From: Paramecium tetraurelia
Taxonomy: Eukaryota
Reading direction: 5' to 3'
Assembly (NCBI GenBank): GCA_000165425.1
Contig: CT868033.1
Span: forward strand, 1 to 64,000
Length of the DNA: 64,000 nt
Positions 39,355 through 53,132 of the stretch are shown here, piece by piece; the first letter of the stretch is position 1, and every line of letters begins with the position of its first letter. Both the position numbers and the translations under genes were made by a program. Under the pieces are notes generated by a model. It did not search any database. It worked only from the letters and a program-made list of their open reading frames with translations, and was not told the origin of the DNA.

Positions 39355-40236
39355 TCACAAATCATCCCCATCATCATCCTGACACATATTCATTAATTAA
39401 TTCATGAGATTGGCCGCCTTTTCCCTCCTCTCCTCATCTGTCATTTTGGAAGTCCTACATAATAGACATGATTAAACACCTAATCTTGGTCATATCATGC
39501 ATCAATTAAGCAAATTGATCGTCTTCGAATTCCAATTGATCAAGCCCTTAGGTTTGCTTTTCACTCACTTTAGTCTTGCCGGTGTTTTCCTTCTTTTCCT
39601 AAGATTTGGGTCTCATATATGTCCAAGTATTACATTCCATGATTTCAATAATTCTAGGAAATCCAAGAGTCTCATCCTCCTACTCAGATAACTATTTGAT
39701 TTATTATTGAATTGGTGGATTGTCCAAGTCCAAATAGATTTGTTCAACAAAGCTCTCCAATTTCTTCTCCTCATTCTCTAGTAACTCAAAGTTAATTTTG
39801 GTTCCTTCCTTCCTGTTATAAATTATAGCCTAAAGACCAGGCTGGATTTCATTGAGAATTTAATCACACAAATTAATGAACTAATCCAGTCCATTCATGT
39901 TGTTGGCATCAACAATAAATAACACACCATCCACCTTGATTTTTTGTAATTTTTCGAGTGCATTTTCTTAATTAAAATAATTGTAATTTATTGTATGCAA
40001 ACCAACATCACATGTATAATATTTGGTATTGATCAAACTATTAAATTGATGCCAATTATTACAGTTGAGTTCCAATCTGTTGATGCTATTCATCAATCTT
40101 ATCAAATATTAATTCATCATTGTTAAAATGTTTGATTAAATCTAACATATTGATATGAGATTGTACACTAAATTAATTTCATTGAGTAGGAGTGTTCTGG
40201 AGCGATTATGATGAGATTGGAATTGCTTTAATCCAT
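39355..40236 (-). CDS. AAGAB: Alpha/gamma-adaptin-binding protein p34 (AAGAB/Irc6 family)
   Basis: LINTKYYTCDV, GFPRIIEIMECNTW, C-terminal DEERREKAANL; three introns. Confidence 0.8.
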
Positions 40237-40319
40237 ATTATATAGATATATAAATTATTAAATACTTAGTAACTTAATAGGTATGTTTATTAAAAATATA
40301 TATATATATAACATAGCAT

Positions 40320-41635
40320 TCAAACAAGCATTTTAACAACCTATTATGGTTACAATTCGATCATTTCCCAAATGTGGCCAAACTCATCAGAAGAAGGATT
40401 TGAATGTGGAGTCAATGCAAATTAGTAGTCCATAGACATGATTCTCTCATCATCTCCATCTACGATTTTCGATCTATCAGTCTATTTTGATATTTCAATG
40501 ACATCTTACCTTGCTAACATAACAAAAGATTTCTTAGGTTTTGATTGTAAATACAAAAACAGGCAATTTGACAGAATCAGGTATGCTAGCTCTTGTGAAT
40601 CTAATTTCATCGACATTCCACAATTGCTTGTGTTTAGGTTCAGATTTCTAATTAAAAATGTAATTATACTTCAGCTTCCTATTTTTTCAATAACACTTTG
40701 AAGTATCCGAGAGCTGCTTCGCCACATACCTTTTAAAGGGACTCCAACTCTCCTAACAAGTATAGGTTATAGATTTATTCGAAGATCACCTTTGCTTCCT
40801 TTTCCAATTCGTATAAATCGAAGTCTGGATCGATCATTCTCATTTATTTGATGGCTCTGGCAACATCGCTTTCATTAGTGACTGTTTTCTAATTGAATTA
40901 GCATATGGAATTACTGCTGCATACAGAGAGACCTAAACGAAATTGCTGGGATGATTTTAGATTCTATCAGATAAGTCAGCCTTGAATTGTTTCAATTCTG
41001 CCTTGAATGTTACGTACTCTTTATAGGCGTCACTGTTGACTAAATGTTGCCCTTGTTCACTCTGCTTGAGTCTACTTTAAATCTTCTGAGCAATTTTGGA
41101 TTTGAGAGATGCTTCTTCACTTGAACCTTCATCAGTAGCTTGGATGGCATTTCTTTTCCATTCTGGAATTTTCTCTTAAATCTAAATAAATTTTGATTCA
41201 TACTGCTGCCAATTCTTCTTCAGTCATTTAAGCCAATTTCTCCTCTTCCTTCTTTCTCTCTGCTAACTTTGCCTTAACTGTTTCCATTCTTGCCTTTACT
41301 TCGTCATCATGACTGGGAAATGTTTTTCTCCAAGCCAATTTCGCCATGTTCAAACATGTTTTTCCTATGCCTGTCTCCTAATTCTGATTAGCATCTGTTT
41401 TAAATTTGAGAGCTGATCCTTTCACCTTCTCTGTTATTTTCGAAGCCGAACCAATAGCTGAATCTTTGACTGTGTGCAAAATATCTATAACTAAGGATGG
41501 TTATTTCTCTATTTCTTCTGCTTTCTTGTTCTCACTACAGAAATTGTACAAAACTCGTCTTTGATTGTAAATGTTAAGTCTTGAAAGTCTGTGTGCTTAT
41601 CTAAATGGGACTAACAAATTAACAAAGGATATCAT
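40320..41635 (-). CDS. TIM44: Mitochondrial import inner membrane translocase subunit Tim44
   Basis: Arg-rich presequence-like N-terminus, coiled coil, then DPDFDLYELEKE..GELESLQKVCGEAA..FVFTIKTQEIFC..IVDGD..WEMIEL. Confidence 0.8.
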
Positions 41636-41833
41636 TAAATAAAAAATTTAATTTAGGGTAATAAATCACTTAATTTTGCATATCTATAAATTTTATAATT
41701 AAAACTAATATTAATATATAAATAATAATATTTTAATAACAATAAATTTTATACTGCAATCCCTCAATTAATTTAAATCGATAATTTATTCCATTTGATA
41801 ATTTAAATTACCTACTAAATATTAGCGAAGTAC

Positions 41834-43001
41834 TCATTAACTACAAATCCACGACTATTCAGTCTTTGGTGAATAAATATAATAATTATTATTATAGAGA
41901 TAAATAATCGTAAGAAAACAAATTTAGTTAGGATCAACATAATACACTGAGTTTATTCTTCTTAATTATAGCAATTTGGAAATTATTGTTGAGAAAATCG
42001 AGAAGCTAATCTGTCTAAGTAAGTTTAAACTTTTATTTAAGTTTATTACATTCAACAGACTGCTGTTAAAGTAAGGATTCTTCTCTCAACTCTTGTATTA
42101 TTTGTTCTATCAATTGTTGCTCATCCTCAAGCTTTAATTTCGAATAAATCTATTTCTTAGATTACTGTGAGTTCTATTCAAATTTTGTAGATTCCCTTTT
42201 AATAATTGTATGAAATCTATTTTTTAAGCAATTCTCGGTTCTCAGATTCTCAAAATCTCTTCTTGAAATTTATGACCATTTCTTTCCATATTGTAGAACA
42301 GCAACCAACAATTTAATTTCATCCTCCTTGTACCATGGACCTCTAGGTAAACATTAAAATTATTTTATACCTCTCTACTTATGGATTTAATTTATTTATC
42401 CATCTCTCTCTGCACTATTTACCCAATCTCACATTAGATGAATTGCATATCTTGCTCATTTCCATAGCTATCAAACTCCATTTATTGCTTCTGTTCTGTT
42501 CTGCATACTTATTGTAGAGTTAACTCAAAACTGAATCCTCTTCTCGAGTCCAAGGATGATCTACTATTGAAGTAGCCTGACTCTCCACCCATCTACTTCT
42601 GCAAACCTTCCAATGTCTGTTGAATAGTATCTGTCCGACTTAATCCCAATCATAAACATTCTAAATATTACATTTACTGATACCATTGAAAGGGGCTGAA
42701 GATTATGAGCATTGCAGTACAACCCAACAATGATCCTTAGCATATCTAACTCGGTTTAATCCATCTTTTTCTATTTTCCAATGTTGGTAATATTGAATTC
42801 GTTGTGTGCCTTCTCTAATTCTTTGTAGGATGACTAAATATCAGCCCAATCCTGCATTGTAATGTTCAATTATTATAAGATGATATGTTATTAATCTTTT
42901 CTTTGCACACTGTTATCAAAAAGCTTCTGGAGCTTCTCTAATCTGGTGACAAATTTGTCATGCATTTAGATAGAATGAGTTGGAGAAACGAAATCTTCCA
43001 T
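41834..43001 (-). CDS. Myb-domain transcription factor
   Basis: PWTREEDSVL..KWSLIA..RLGKQCRERWINKLNP|RGPWYKEDEIKLL..YGKKWSQIS..RTENCLKNRF; 3' end approximate. Confidence 0.9.
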
Positions 43002-44138
43002 TATTATATTGTTAAATGCATCATATCACTATTTTTTAAATATAGTTCTAAAAAACGTAATATAAGTTAAATTGTCTAAAATGTTTTTTTTCTTTATAAT
43101 CAATATATTAATTTAATACATAAACTGATGATTAAGCAATAACTTAATTAAAAATAAAAATAATTATAAAAATTTCAAGTATTAATTTAAAAGTATTATT
43201 TTGTATTACTAATCCGCAAACCCATAATTTAAATAATTCCATTGAAAAACCCAAATTGTTAACAAATTGAGAAGTCAAAAAAATTCAGTTTATTTTCCAT
43301 TCCCTGATTTAAAAATACTTATTATAGATGTTGTTCCTCTGTTCTCGTTCTGTCTCAATTAAATTAACCTTGACGACCAAGAATACGAGAATTTATATTT
43401 AAATTAAGTGTATATTTCTAATTTACAATATTCTTGTGAACTCAAAATTTTTCTCATTTCAAAAATCAACCGAATCTCTATTATATTAATTAATTCTGGA
43501 TGCTCTCGTGGAACGATGCAGAAGATGGCTAATAAATATTTGATAAGGAACAGATTGTAAAACAAATAATTTAATAGATAGATAAGAATTTCAGAATTCA
43601 ATGCAATACTATTTTTAATAAGTAATACTTAATATACATGAGGCAATGAAATTAAAAAGATTTTGGTACAAAATTGAAATAAATAATTTTGAATTCGGAA
43701 CAAATACAAAACTAGACCTTTATATTCTTAAAAAAATCTTTAGGCTCAATAATTCATAATTTAATATAATATATTAATCAATAAATCAATTTTTGTATTT
43801 ATTTTAAAATTATGATCATAAAAAATGCATCGTCGATTTAGGGATTCGCACACTGAGTTTTCTGATTACGATGATGCATCTCAAACACTTCTTTGAAAGT
43901 ATCGAAATTGACACTTGAATTGTTTCATTTTGTGATTGGTTTGGAACTTTTAAATTGGACAAACAATAGACTGTATTTGATATAAATGGGAAAATAGGAA
44001 CGATTTTAATATTAATTGAAGCGAGAGAGGGGGATGAGATAAAGTTAATGATAATTTTAAATATTAAATAAAAAAACTAAGATTAAATGGTGATAAAAGA
44101 TTTAAATAAGAGTGAATAAATTGATTATAAATTATTTA

Positions 44139-44848
44139 ATGTCTCAAATAAAGTTTTGCTTATCTCACCAAGTGTATTTTGGACAAGGCGTATACTTGGT
44201 GAGTTCCTAGAATGATTGGAAAATCGAAGAGAGTTGTAGGATGACTTGCATAAAGGTAAAGATGTGTTCAAATATGTAGTCTAACCGATGGGAACTTGTT
44301 TTGCAAGTAACGGATGCCCAATTGGAGTACAAATATGTGATTGCAGACTATGATAGTCCCTCTGGAAGTGTTCAGATTTGGGAAAGAGGCAACAACAGAA
44401 AATTAATTAAATCTAAATCAAACAGTTCGGAAACCATAAGTATATTATCATATTCATCAATATTATAGAAGATATGTGGGAGAAAAGAATGATTTCCCTA
44501 AAATTAATGGCTTTGAACAATAACTCTTTGGCCATCGTAATAGGGAACTTCCCAGCCCTCTCAACTCCGATTCAAATGAAATTGTTAGACAAGAAATCGA
44601 TGAAGTACTTTTCTACCAAATTCTACATTGACATCACTAATTCGGAATAAGTGATTCAATTTCAATACTATTTGCTTATAAAAGATCCTAGTAAAGAATT
44701 TTGTAATTTTTAGCCCCCATGGAATTCATTAGTAACCCAATAACTCTTGGCATTTCGGAAAGAAATTAGGAAATATGTCAAGCAGTCTCCTTTTATAGAA
44801 TTGCTCTATGTTGATTATATTTAGTATTTATTTTATAGATTTAATTGA
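44139..44848 (+). CDS. CBM20 (starch/glycogen-binding) domain protein, paralogue 1
   Basis: QVYFGQGVYLV..DW..RMTC|..RWEL..LEYKYVI..IWERGNNR..DMWEKR; two introns. Confidence 0.75.
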
Positions 44849-45095
44849 AATATTTTAATTTTAAAAATATATATATTTATATTGGGCCTCAAAAATGCCA
44901 TACGTATCATCTCAATTGAAATGAACAACTAAGATGACGTGGATTGGAAGACTATGACAATTGGTGGTAATTAGTGGTTCGAATTACTTTAATTTTAAAA
45001 TAGTAAATTTGAATAAAAATCATAAGATATTATTCTTACAAATTCTAGTTATTATTGTGTTACGATATAAATTAAAAATTAGCATTATTAATATA

Positions 45096-45795
45096 ATGAA
45101 AGAATCTTAAATCTTTTTTACCCTAACTAAACAAGTAAATTATGGAGAGGCCCTCTATTTAGTCTTCGATTTCACCAATTGGGATTTAACAAAAGCTGTA
45201 CGGATGGAATGTTCAATGGTATTATTAGATTTCATTTATTAGAATGATCATTGGTCGAAAGTTATTGAAATCTCTTGTTCTTCCTTTGAATACAAGTATG
45301 TGATTGGACCTTACGACAACATAATACAGGAGGATGTAGTGTGGGAGGAAGGACCCAACAGATCCTCTGAAAACTTGAAGTTGTTGGAAATGAACCAGAG
45401 TAAAATTTAATTGGATGATGTTTGGGAAAAAAGAAATTTGATGTTCTTCTTACTTGACACAAAATAGAAAAGTAAAAGTAAAAAGAATCACGAACATGAC
45501 ATATTATTATTTGGATAGGCTAAGGCCTTGAATTCACCAGTTAGATTTACTAAATGTTAATTAACTCAAAATACAGAATTATACTTTGTTAACTTACAAC
45601 TTGAACTTGATGAGATTATCAATCCTAAGGAAGTTCAAATCTACATGAAGGTCCAATTAAAAAAAAGTAATAATAATATCAATTTTAGGATATATAGAAA
45701 TGATCTCTAAAAGTATTAAACTTAACTTCAGAAATTCCCCTGTCAATATATGCCAAGATATCTTATAAGACTCCAAGTATTATCTTCTCAAATGA
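45096..45795 (+). CDS. CBM20 domain protein, paralogue 2
   Basis: QVNYGEALYLV..NWDLTKAVRMECSM|NDHWSK..FEYKYVI..VWEEGPNR..DVWEKR; TGA 45793-45795. Confidence 0.75.
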
Positions 45796-46234
45796 TATAT
45801 AGCTCTAGATTTAGTATTAATTTTAATTTACTTCTTTTAAAAATAATTAAACAAATAATCATATTAATTTTAAATTATAAAGTTCTCTTTAAAAGCAATA
45901 TTACATGCTTTTCCCTACAAAATTTATTAGAAAAGTAATTGAAATTAACTTACATAAATTACACAGGTAATTTATAATTCTCCAAACCAAACTTTAACAA
46001 ACCATAATAGAAATTAAATTATTAACTATCGAATATTATTCAAAATTGATTCAACATATTTTTCAATACAATAAGTAGGCTATTCTACTTTCTTTCCTAA
46101 TTTAATATTACATATTAAAATTATTATTTGAATACATTATATAAATGACAACAAATTTTTTGTAGAGGGGGACTGGACTGGGATTTGAATGTAAAATATT
46201 GAATTAAATAATTTTATAATGAATTTGATTGTTT

Positions 46235-49200
46235 TCAGATCATTCTCATAATTTAAGCAATTTCTTTTGATAAGATTTGTAAGGAAGGCGTGACAACACT
46301 GATTATAGCTGCAAACATGGCAATAATAATGATGATAATCAGCATTTACCATGGGAATACAAATATCAAAGGTAATTATGTGAATAAAGTCTATTACAAT
46401 GCCATGGATTGTCCAATAATAAATCCGACCATCAATCCAATAAAACTGGAACTGAACACCAATGTGAATGCCTCCATAATATACACTGTAGTAATGGATA
46501 ATTTAGTATTTCCAATTGCTCTAAGCACTGAGATCTCCTTAACCTATTCTAACATATTGGCAGACATCGATGTCATAAGACTGAAGAATGACAATACCAT
46601 AACAACTCCAGTTAGGAAACTGAATATGATTTGAATTAGATTCTGACTTTGCTTAATGGATGTTTCATAATCTCTGTAATCCCATATCTTAGCAGAGATA
46701 CCTTAAGCATCAATGTACTTTTTGAATTGACCATAGACAGTGTCGATGTTACCAGAACCAGATACAGAAATGAGTAATCTTTTCATAGGGTAATTTTCAA
46801 CTGCATCTATCAAATTTCCACACAACCTCCTGTATGTTGGTAAGGAGACGACAACATTTTATTCTTGAACACTCGGCAGACTACTAAATTTAAGGGCAGG
46901 TGCTGAAGTGACAATTGAAGAAGCTCTCATTTAATGATATTGACTGTATGTATTATTGTACACAACCAGAAGGAAAGTGCTGTCAATGTCAATTTTGATA
47001 TTGAGTTGGTCAGCATAACTGGTACCAATCATAGCACTTTGACTTCCTCGACTCGTATACAATTATTCAACTGGATTCAATTTGCTATTAATTTGATTCT
47101 CGACTTTCAGAAATTGATTGTATCCCATATCAAATAGAGTATGTGAGACCCCCACGATCTTAGGTTTGAGTTGGTAGACCTAACCTAAATGGGTCATGTA
47201 TGTTGTGGAAAATCCAAGTTTCTACATGTAACTATCCAAGGGATCAGTGACCCATGCAAAACTAGTGATGTTGCCTCCCAATTCTAAGATTATTTTTTCG
47301 AATTCAAATGGTGAGAGATATCCATTGGAAGCAGTGATCTCAAGTTTGCAACCATGTTATTAAAGTGTCTAAGTAGCTTGGTTTTCAATCTGCACGCTCA
47401 TACCAACAAAGATGAAAATCACAAAAGCTATGGATAAGGCATACATCAGTGCTGTTCTTCTATTTTTGATCTAAAGAAATAATACATATGAGTACCCTAT
47501 GTGCAGCTAGATTCTTCAACACCATTGTTTTCTTGGCTGAACTAGCCCAGAACAAAAATAGATAAACCGTAAATCGTTCAGCAAGGTATTAGATATTGAA
47601 TGCAAAGATGACCAATCCCAAGAGCATGCCACATAAGATGAAGAAGAATATTGACAACAGTAATCCAATGTTGAATGACAATAAAGCCAAAGGCAAGAAG
47701 TAATAAACACATATTCCAAACAACGAAGCTATTACAGCGAACTGGATTCTACCCCAAGGCAACGATTTGCCTTCAAGATCTACTTCTATTTTCACTGCAG
47801 TTGATTTTGATCTGTTGATATCCAATGCAAAACTCAATTACTTACTTAATGCTTCTTTTATGGGAACATAAGAACTCAACAAAGGAATCAGCAATCCCAA
47901 TCCGAGTGCCATAAATACGGCATTTGTTGTTGGAGTAGCTTCTATCTCAACTCCAATCGAAGCTTTGAGTGCACTACTGGCATATAATAGAAATGGAATC
48001 GAAAGGATAATACCTGCTACTATAGCTGGCAACACATAACTCAATGCTTGAGTCAATACTATGAACACTACTCCCAACTTATTAAACCCTAATACTCTCA
48101 ACACTCCCAAGTCATAAGTCTTAGTCTCCACTGAGATCAACAACAAAGTATATAACAGTAAAACACTCAATAGAAACAATATCACGATGATCATATTTAA
48201 TATGATACCCAAAAACAGTTAACCAAATCGAGAATCATACAGTTGTTATAAGACAGGCAAATCCATATTACATGGATAAACTCCCAAATCTCGTCTTATG
48301 TTACTTGCATATTTGGTTATCTTCCCTTATATATTCTCGTAATTGCTATCCATGTATATATCAAATCTGTCAGGTATATTGATTCTGATTTCATCTACGA
48401 ATTCCTCAGGATTAGCAGTATACAAAGCCTTTAAAAATGGTTTGTCCCATGACCAATAAGCAAGATTGTTAAAGAAGTGTTTGTGTTCTACAATTATCAA
48501 TTTATCAGCATCTCCATCTGGAAATTTACCATAAGTGGAATCCAACAACGCTTTGACTTGATACAAATAAAATCTTTAAGTGGCTTTCTTCAGATCTCCG
48601 AATTCTTGATTTAAAAATGTCTCATTGTAATTGGTTAAATTGAATTGCCTACCAATCTATTCATAATAGTTCTCTATATAATAAGACCCATAAAAATCAT
48701 AGAACTCTCCATATATTAGCATGTAATCTCCTACATTCAATCGATAAGTTTCAGCTAGCTTCCTACTCAAAATCACCTCCGTCTCTTTTAATTCATCAAA
48801 TGGATATTCCCATCCTAATCCAATATCCTTCTCCTTCAATGTATCAATCGCCACAAATTTTGCCGTTGGATGAGGCTATACTCCTCCGCACCTCTAACCC
48901 AATTACTATCCATCTCTCAAATCATTAAAGTGGGCATCGCTTCCGAATTCCTACCTTTTGGATAACAATTATTATGCTTTATTCACAGACTATCTTTAAG
49001 TGATTATATTATACATTCTCACAATCTCCTGACTTTTACAAATAAGTGAAGTTGACTTGCTACGAAATTCTAGGACTTGCTTGACTTGCCCTGTCTGGTC
49101 CTAATACTTCTTTGACTCTGGTGAAGTTTAGGAAGTCAACTATGAGATATCCTTGTTGTCTGGCTGAGTTACTATAGATGGACATCAAATACTGAGGCGA

Positions 49201-49519
49201 TTTCTCATGTTCCTCGCTTAAATAATTTGGATTTGCAGACAACCTAATCTTAAATCGCTAATTACACTATGTCTGATTATCCCGCTGGACCCTCAGCTGA
49301 TTTTAAAAATATGAGAGGTGCTCTATCAATTATTGATTAACTAACTGCACTAGCTGCAACCACAATCAGAACACTAAAAAATGATACGCAATATCCACAA
49401 GGTCTCCTTTTCAATTCGTACCATGATTGTCCTATCATGAATAACAAAGATGAACAAATAGACATTGAAGTACCTTAAGGAGCTAAAGAGTCCTTTTTCT
49501 AAATAGGTTAAGGCTGCAT
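46235..49519 (-). CDS. ABC3/FtsX-MacB-type permease with two FtsX domains and no ATPase domain
   Basis: ISVETKTYDLGVLRVLGFNKLGVVFIVLTQA and SANMLEQVKEISVLRAIGNTKLSITTVYIMEAF motifs; multiple TM helices; large extracytoplasmic loops. Confidence 0.85.
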
Positions 49520-49874
49520 TTATAATTAATTATTAATATTATTAAAATGAACATTGCAATTCTTAATAAATAGAATACTTATTCAATTTTATTATCAATC
49601 CCTACATTCCTTAATTTCTCTCCAGCATACTATATCTCACCTTATTGCATTACTAAGATGTCAGTAATCATATTATTATTGATATTCTAATAGGAAGTCA
49701 TCTTTTTAAAAATTTAATTATCTATTTGTGAGAATATTAATCTATTATTATAAATGCATACATTTTTGGAGACTTAATTAATTGAGATGAGGCTTAAGAG
49801 TTGAAGCTATACCTAAGAGATATCAAAACAACATTTAATAGTTTGTAGTTATTAATAAATATAAATATTTAATA

Positions 49875-50905
49875 ATGAGTACATTGGCAGCTGCGAGAGC
49901 AGATAATTTTTACTTTGGACCTAATTATGATCCGAATGGAGTAATAGATTAATTCTAAAGTAGGGTAGTTTGAAATATTAGAGAAGAATGAAACTTAAAG
50001 GAAAGCGAAAGCCTTCGAGATTGGATTAATATAAAATAAAGAGTGGGCCTAAGATCAGGTTTGAAACTCCATTCCATGTAAATGCTTGAAATGTGGGCAT
50101 ATGATAGCGAAAGGTGTGAGGTTTAATGCTGCAAAGAGAGAAGGTATAAATTGTAATGATTTGCTAGTGGGTAAATTTCATAGTACGACAATATTGCAAT
50201 TCTCGATGCTGTGTCCCTCTTGCAAAAATACAATTGTTTGCAAGACTGACCCTGAGAATTGCGATTACAATTATACAGAAGGAGCAGTGAAATGGGTAGA
50301 CAATTCTTGATTATGAGTTTAGTTAAGCACTGAGAAGGCCACAGACATGGAGTTCATACCTGATCCTGAGCAGAAGATCAAAGAGTAATCGAATGCGATG
50401 TATAAATTGGAGAGAGAGGTTGAAAAGGTCAAATAAAATAACTTGGCTCCCGTTCTAGAGGACTTGCAAAAATATCGTTTAGTATGAAGTAGTAGATATA
50501 TGAAAGGAAAATTGGAAGGATGATTTTGAGAAGAACTTGATGTTGAGAAGGAAATTAAAAGAAGATAAAATAAAAGATGCTATTATAGAGGAAGAGAAGA
50601 ATAGGGTCAAAAACTTTGGGTTACCAATGGAGGATTTAACCAAGTCTGAACTTGTAAATATGAGCGTTTAAATAAATTAGCGAGAAATTAAGGAGGTCAA
50701 ATTTCAAGAATCAAGTAGCAGAAAATAACAGAGAGAAAAACGATAGGAAATTATGAGTCAAAGCATACTGCCTAGTGGTAGGATGAGTTAGCAATTACAA
50801 AAACAATTGGAGGAGTTGAATAAGAAAGTAAGTAAATTGCCTGCTGCTACCAGAAAGATATTCAAATAGCAATTGATGCCTAAGAAAAACAATTTTAATT
50901 TTTGA
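49875..50905 (+). CDS. CWC16 family splicing factor (CCDC130/YJU2B-like)
   Basis: MSTLAAARADNFYF, IRFETPFHVKCLKC..IAKGVRFNAAK..LCPSC..KTDPENCDY; several introns. Confidence 0.9.
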
Positions 50906-50945
50906 AGGATTTATAATTAATAATTATATTTATATATTTTGTAAG

Positions 50946-51546
50946 ATGAGCAAGAGTCGTCATAGTTCTATGCACAAGCTTTTAGGTCCTCCTCAGATTG
51001 TAATGTTTGATGGAGAAGAATCCAGATTTCAAAAAAGAATTTTCAGAGGTTTCAAGTTCTGTATTATTAAGAGCATTCAACTGATAAAATAAAATTTTGT
51101 TGGGAACAATCTCCTATTCATAAGACTAATGATTTCAATTTCCAAAAAATCAATTATGTTGATCAAAAGGATATGGATGTTCATGTTCGTAATAGTTATC
51201 AGTTGCCATAAATTTATAAGCGTAAAAATCAACTAAACAATGAATGCTTTGTTGTATCTCCTCAACTAACTGCAGGTTTATCTGATCATGTATATATATT
51301 TTAGATTCTGAGTAAAAATTTGGGAAATATGCCAAACGATACACTTAGGATTCAGACATATTTTCACTCAAAATTCCAATGGATAAATAGTATTCTCAGC
51401 ACTCCTCTGCATATGGGCAGTTCTACTTCCAACCAGAATTTAAGCTAACCAAAACTAAGCCTGTTTTCAAATACCACACAGCAAAAAGTCAAATTCTTGG
51501 CAACTCCAGACTACAATATATTAAATTAAGGCAGGAAATGGATTGA
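50946..51546 (+). CDS. Hypothetical protein
   Basis: MSKSRHSSMHKLLG..., two tiny introns restore an open frame to TGA 51544-51546. Confidence 0.6.
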
Positions 51547-51868
51547 TTCTTCTACATTATAAATATGCATATAAATTAGTGTTTATTAATTAATTTTCGA
51601 ATAATTAATATGAGGAAGAATAAAATTTAAATCTTTTATCTTCAAAGATACACAAATTCTAATTAATTATTGCATTTTCTTCGTTGTAGTGATTGGGATT
51701 TCATCCTGCCCAACCCTCTCATATTATTTTAATGATTACTCCTACACCGGGGTTGTCTCTTAATTATGGATATTTGATTTCACAAAAGAAAATTTATTCA
51801 GCTATTTAAAAGAAAGAAAAACCTCAGCTCATTTACATTTAACAAAAAACATAAACATATAATCAAAG

Positions 51869-52261
51869 TCAATTATAAAGACTTGGTTTTCTTCTCTTAA
51901 AGAGAGTACTTTCTTCAAGAGAAAACAAAATTGGAACTTTTCGTTATTGATTATACAATTTATCAAAGACAACTAAATATCGTTTTAAATTGTCCTATTT
52001 ATGTTGCTAAGCATGCACATGTCTCAATACTTGGTCTCTGTGCTATTAATCAATTGCTGCTTATTGTGGATTATTAAGAAGCTCATCAGTTGCTAATAAA
52101 TCGACTTCACTTTATTATGAATCATTTTCTGGTGATTTTTCTAAAATCTTGTTGTCGTCTGTCCTGATACTGATTGGAGGTAGAGATTATTAATTGCTGA
52201 TAGTAAGATCTTATTGTTAGTAAGTTAATGATTGCGTTTTTTTAGAATGGCAAACTCCCAT
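51869..52261 (-). CDS. Small putatively myristoylated/palmitoylated protein (~130 aa)
   Basis: MGVCHSKKTQ start; ends VPILFSLEESTLFKRRKPSLYN*. Confidence 0.6.
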
Positions 52262-53132
52262 TATGAAAGTAAGGAGACTTCTAATTAATTAAATTATTTT
52301 TGAATATATCAAAAGACTATCCATTTAACTTCTAAATCATACTAATAAAAAAAGATACGGCTTATAATTGCCACGTCTCCTTAATTTCATAACTCTCATA
52401 TAATAAATATGATAATTGCACAATTTGCTCAAAATATACTTGATTATTAAATCCAGAGCAAAAAATTTCCAAATTTTTATTAGTTATTCGAATTTTCTCT
52501 CATTTTAACTTTATTTAAGGAAAAAATAACAGAACTAACAACAAATGACTAAAAACTTTTAAAATGTGGAAAATAAGCGTCTTATCGATTTCTATAATTT
52601 GAATGCTGATGGATTTCAATATTCTCTAATGAAATACAGGGAATCAATGATATTGAGAAAATATTTGAATTTGCAACAATTTGGAAGAGTAGAGCCATAT
52701 TATGGATGAAATGAAAATCAAACGAAAATTATTTTATAAATAAGTAATCTCGAAATTATTACTCCTAATATTTTTGGAAAACTATGAAATATGTTGAATT
52801 TATAGCCAATACTATAGCTTTGAACTCAAAAAAAATTCCAAAAAGATAATGCATTAATTTAGTAGCAAATAGGAAGGTTACGATTAATTGGAAAACTCTC
52901 AATTGACTACTCTTTATATTAACCCTTAACAAAAAAAAAATAATCCTCCATTAAGTTCCAGTATATCTGACTATGAGATAATATGAAAAAGTGAATTTAA
53001 TTGTAATAAATTCAAGTATTAAAAAATGATATGTCAATCCGTAAATAAGATGTGTTTCTATTTGGCTGAAATGTTAATAATTTATATAATTACTATTGTA
53101 TTTAGAAATAGATTGATATATCAAAATAGATA

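Noticed and set aside
43870..43910. SECIS-like ATGA...GA arrangement
   Set aside because: Helix is poor and there is no upstream plus-strand selenoprotein candidate.
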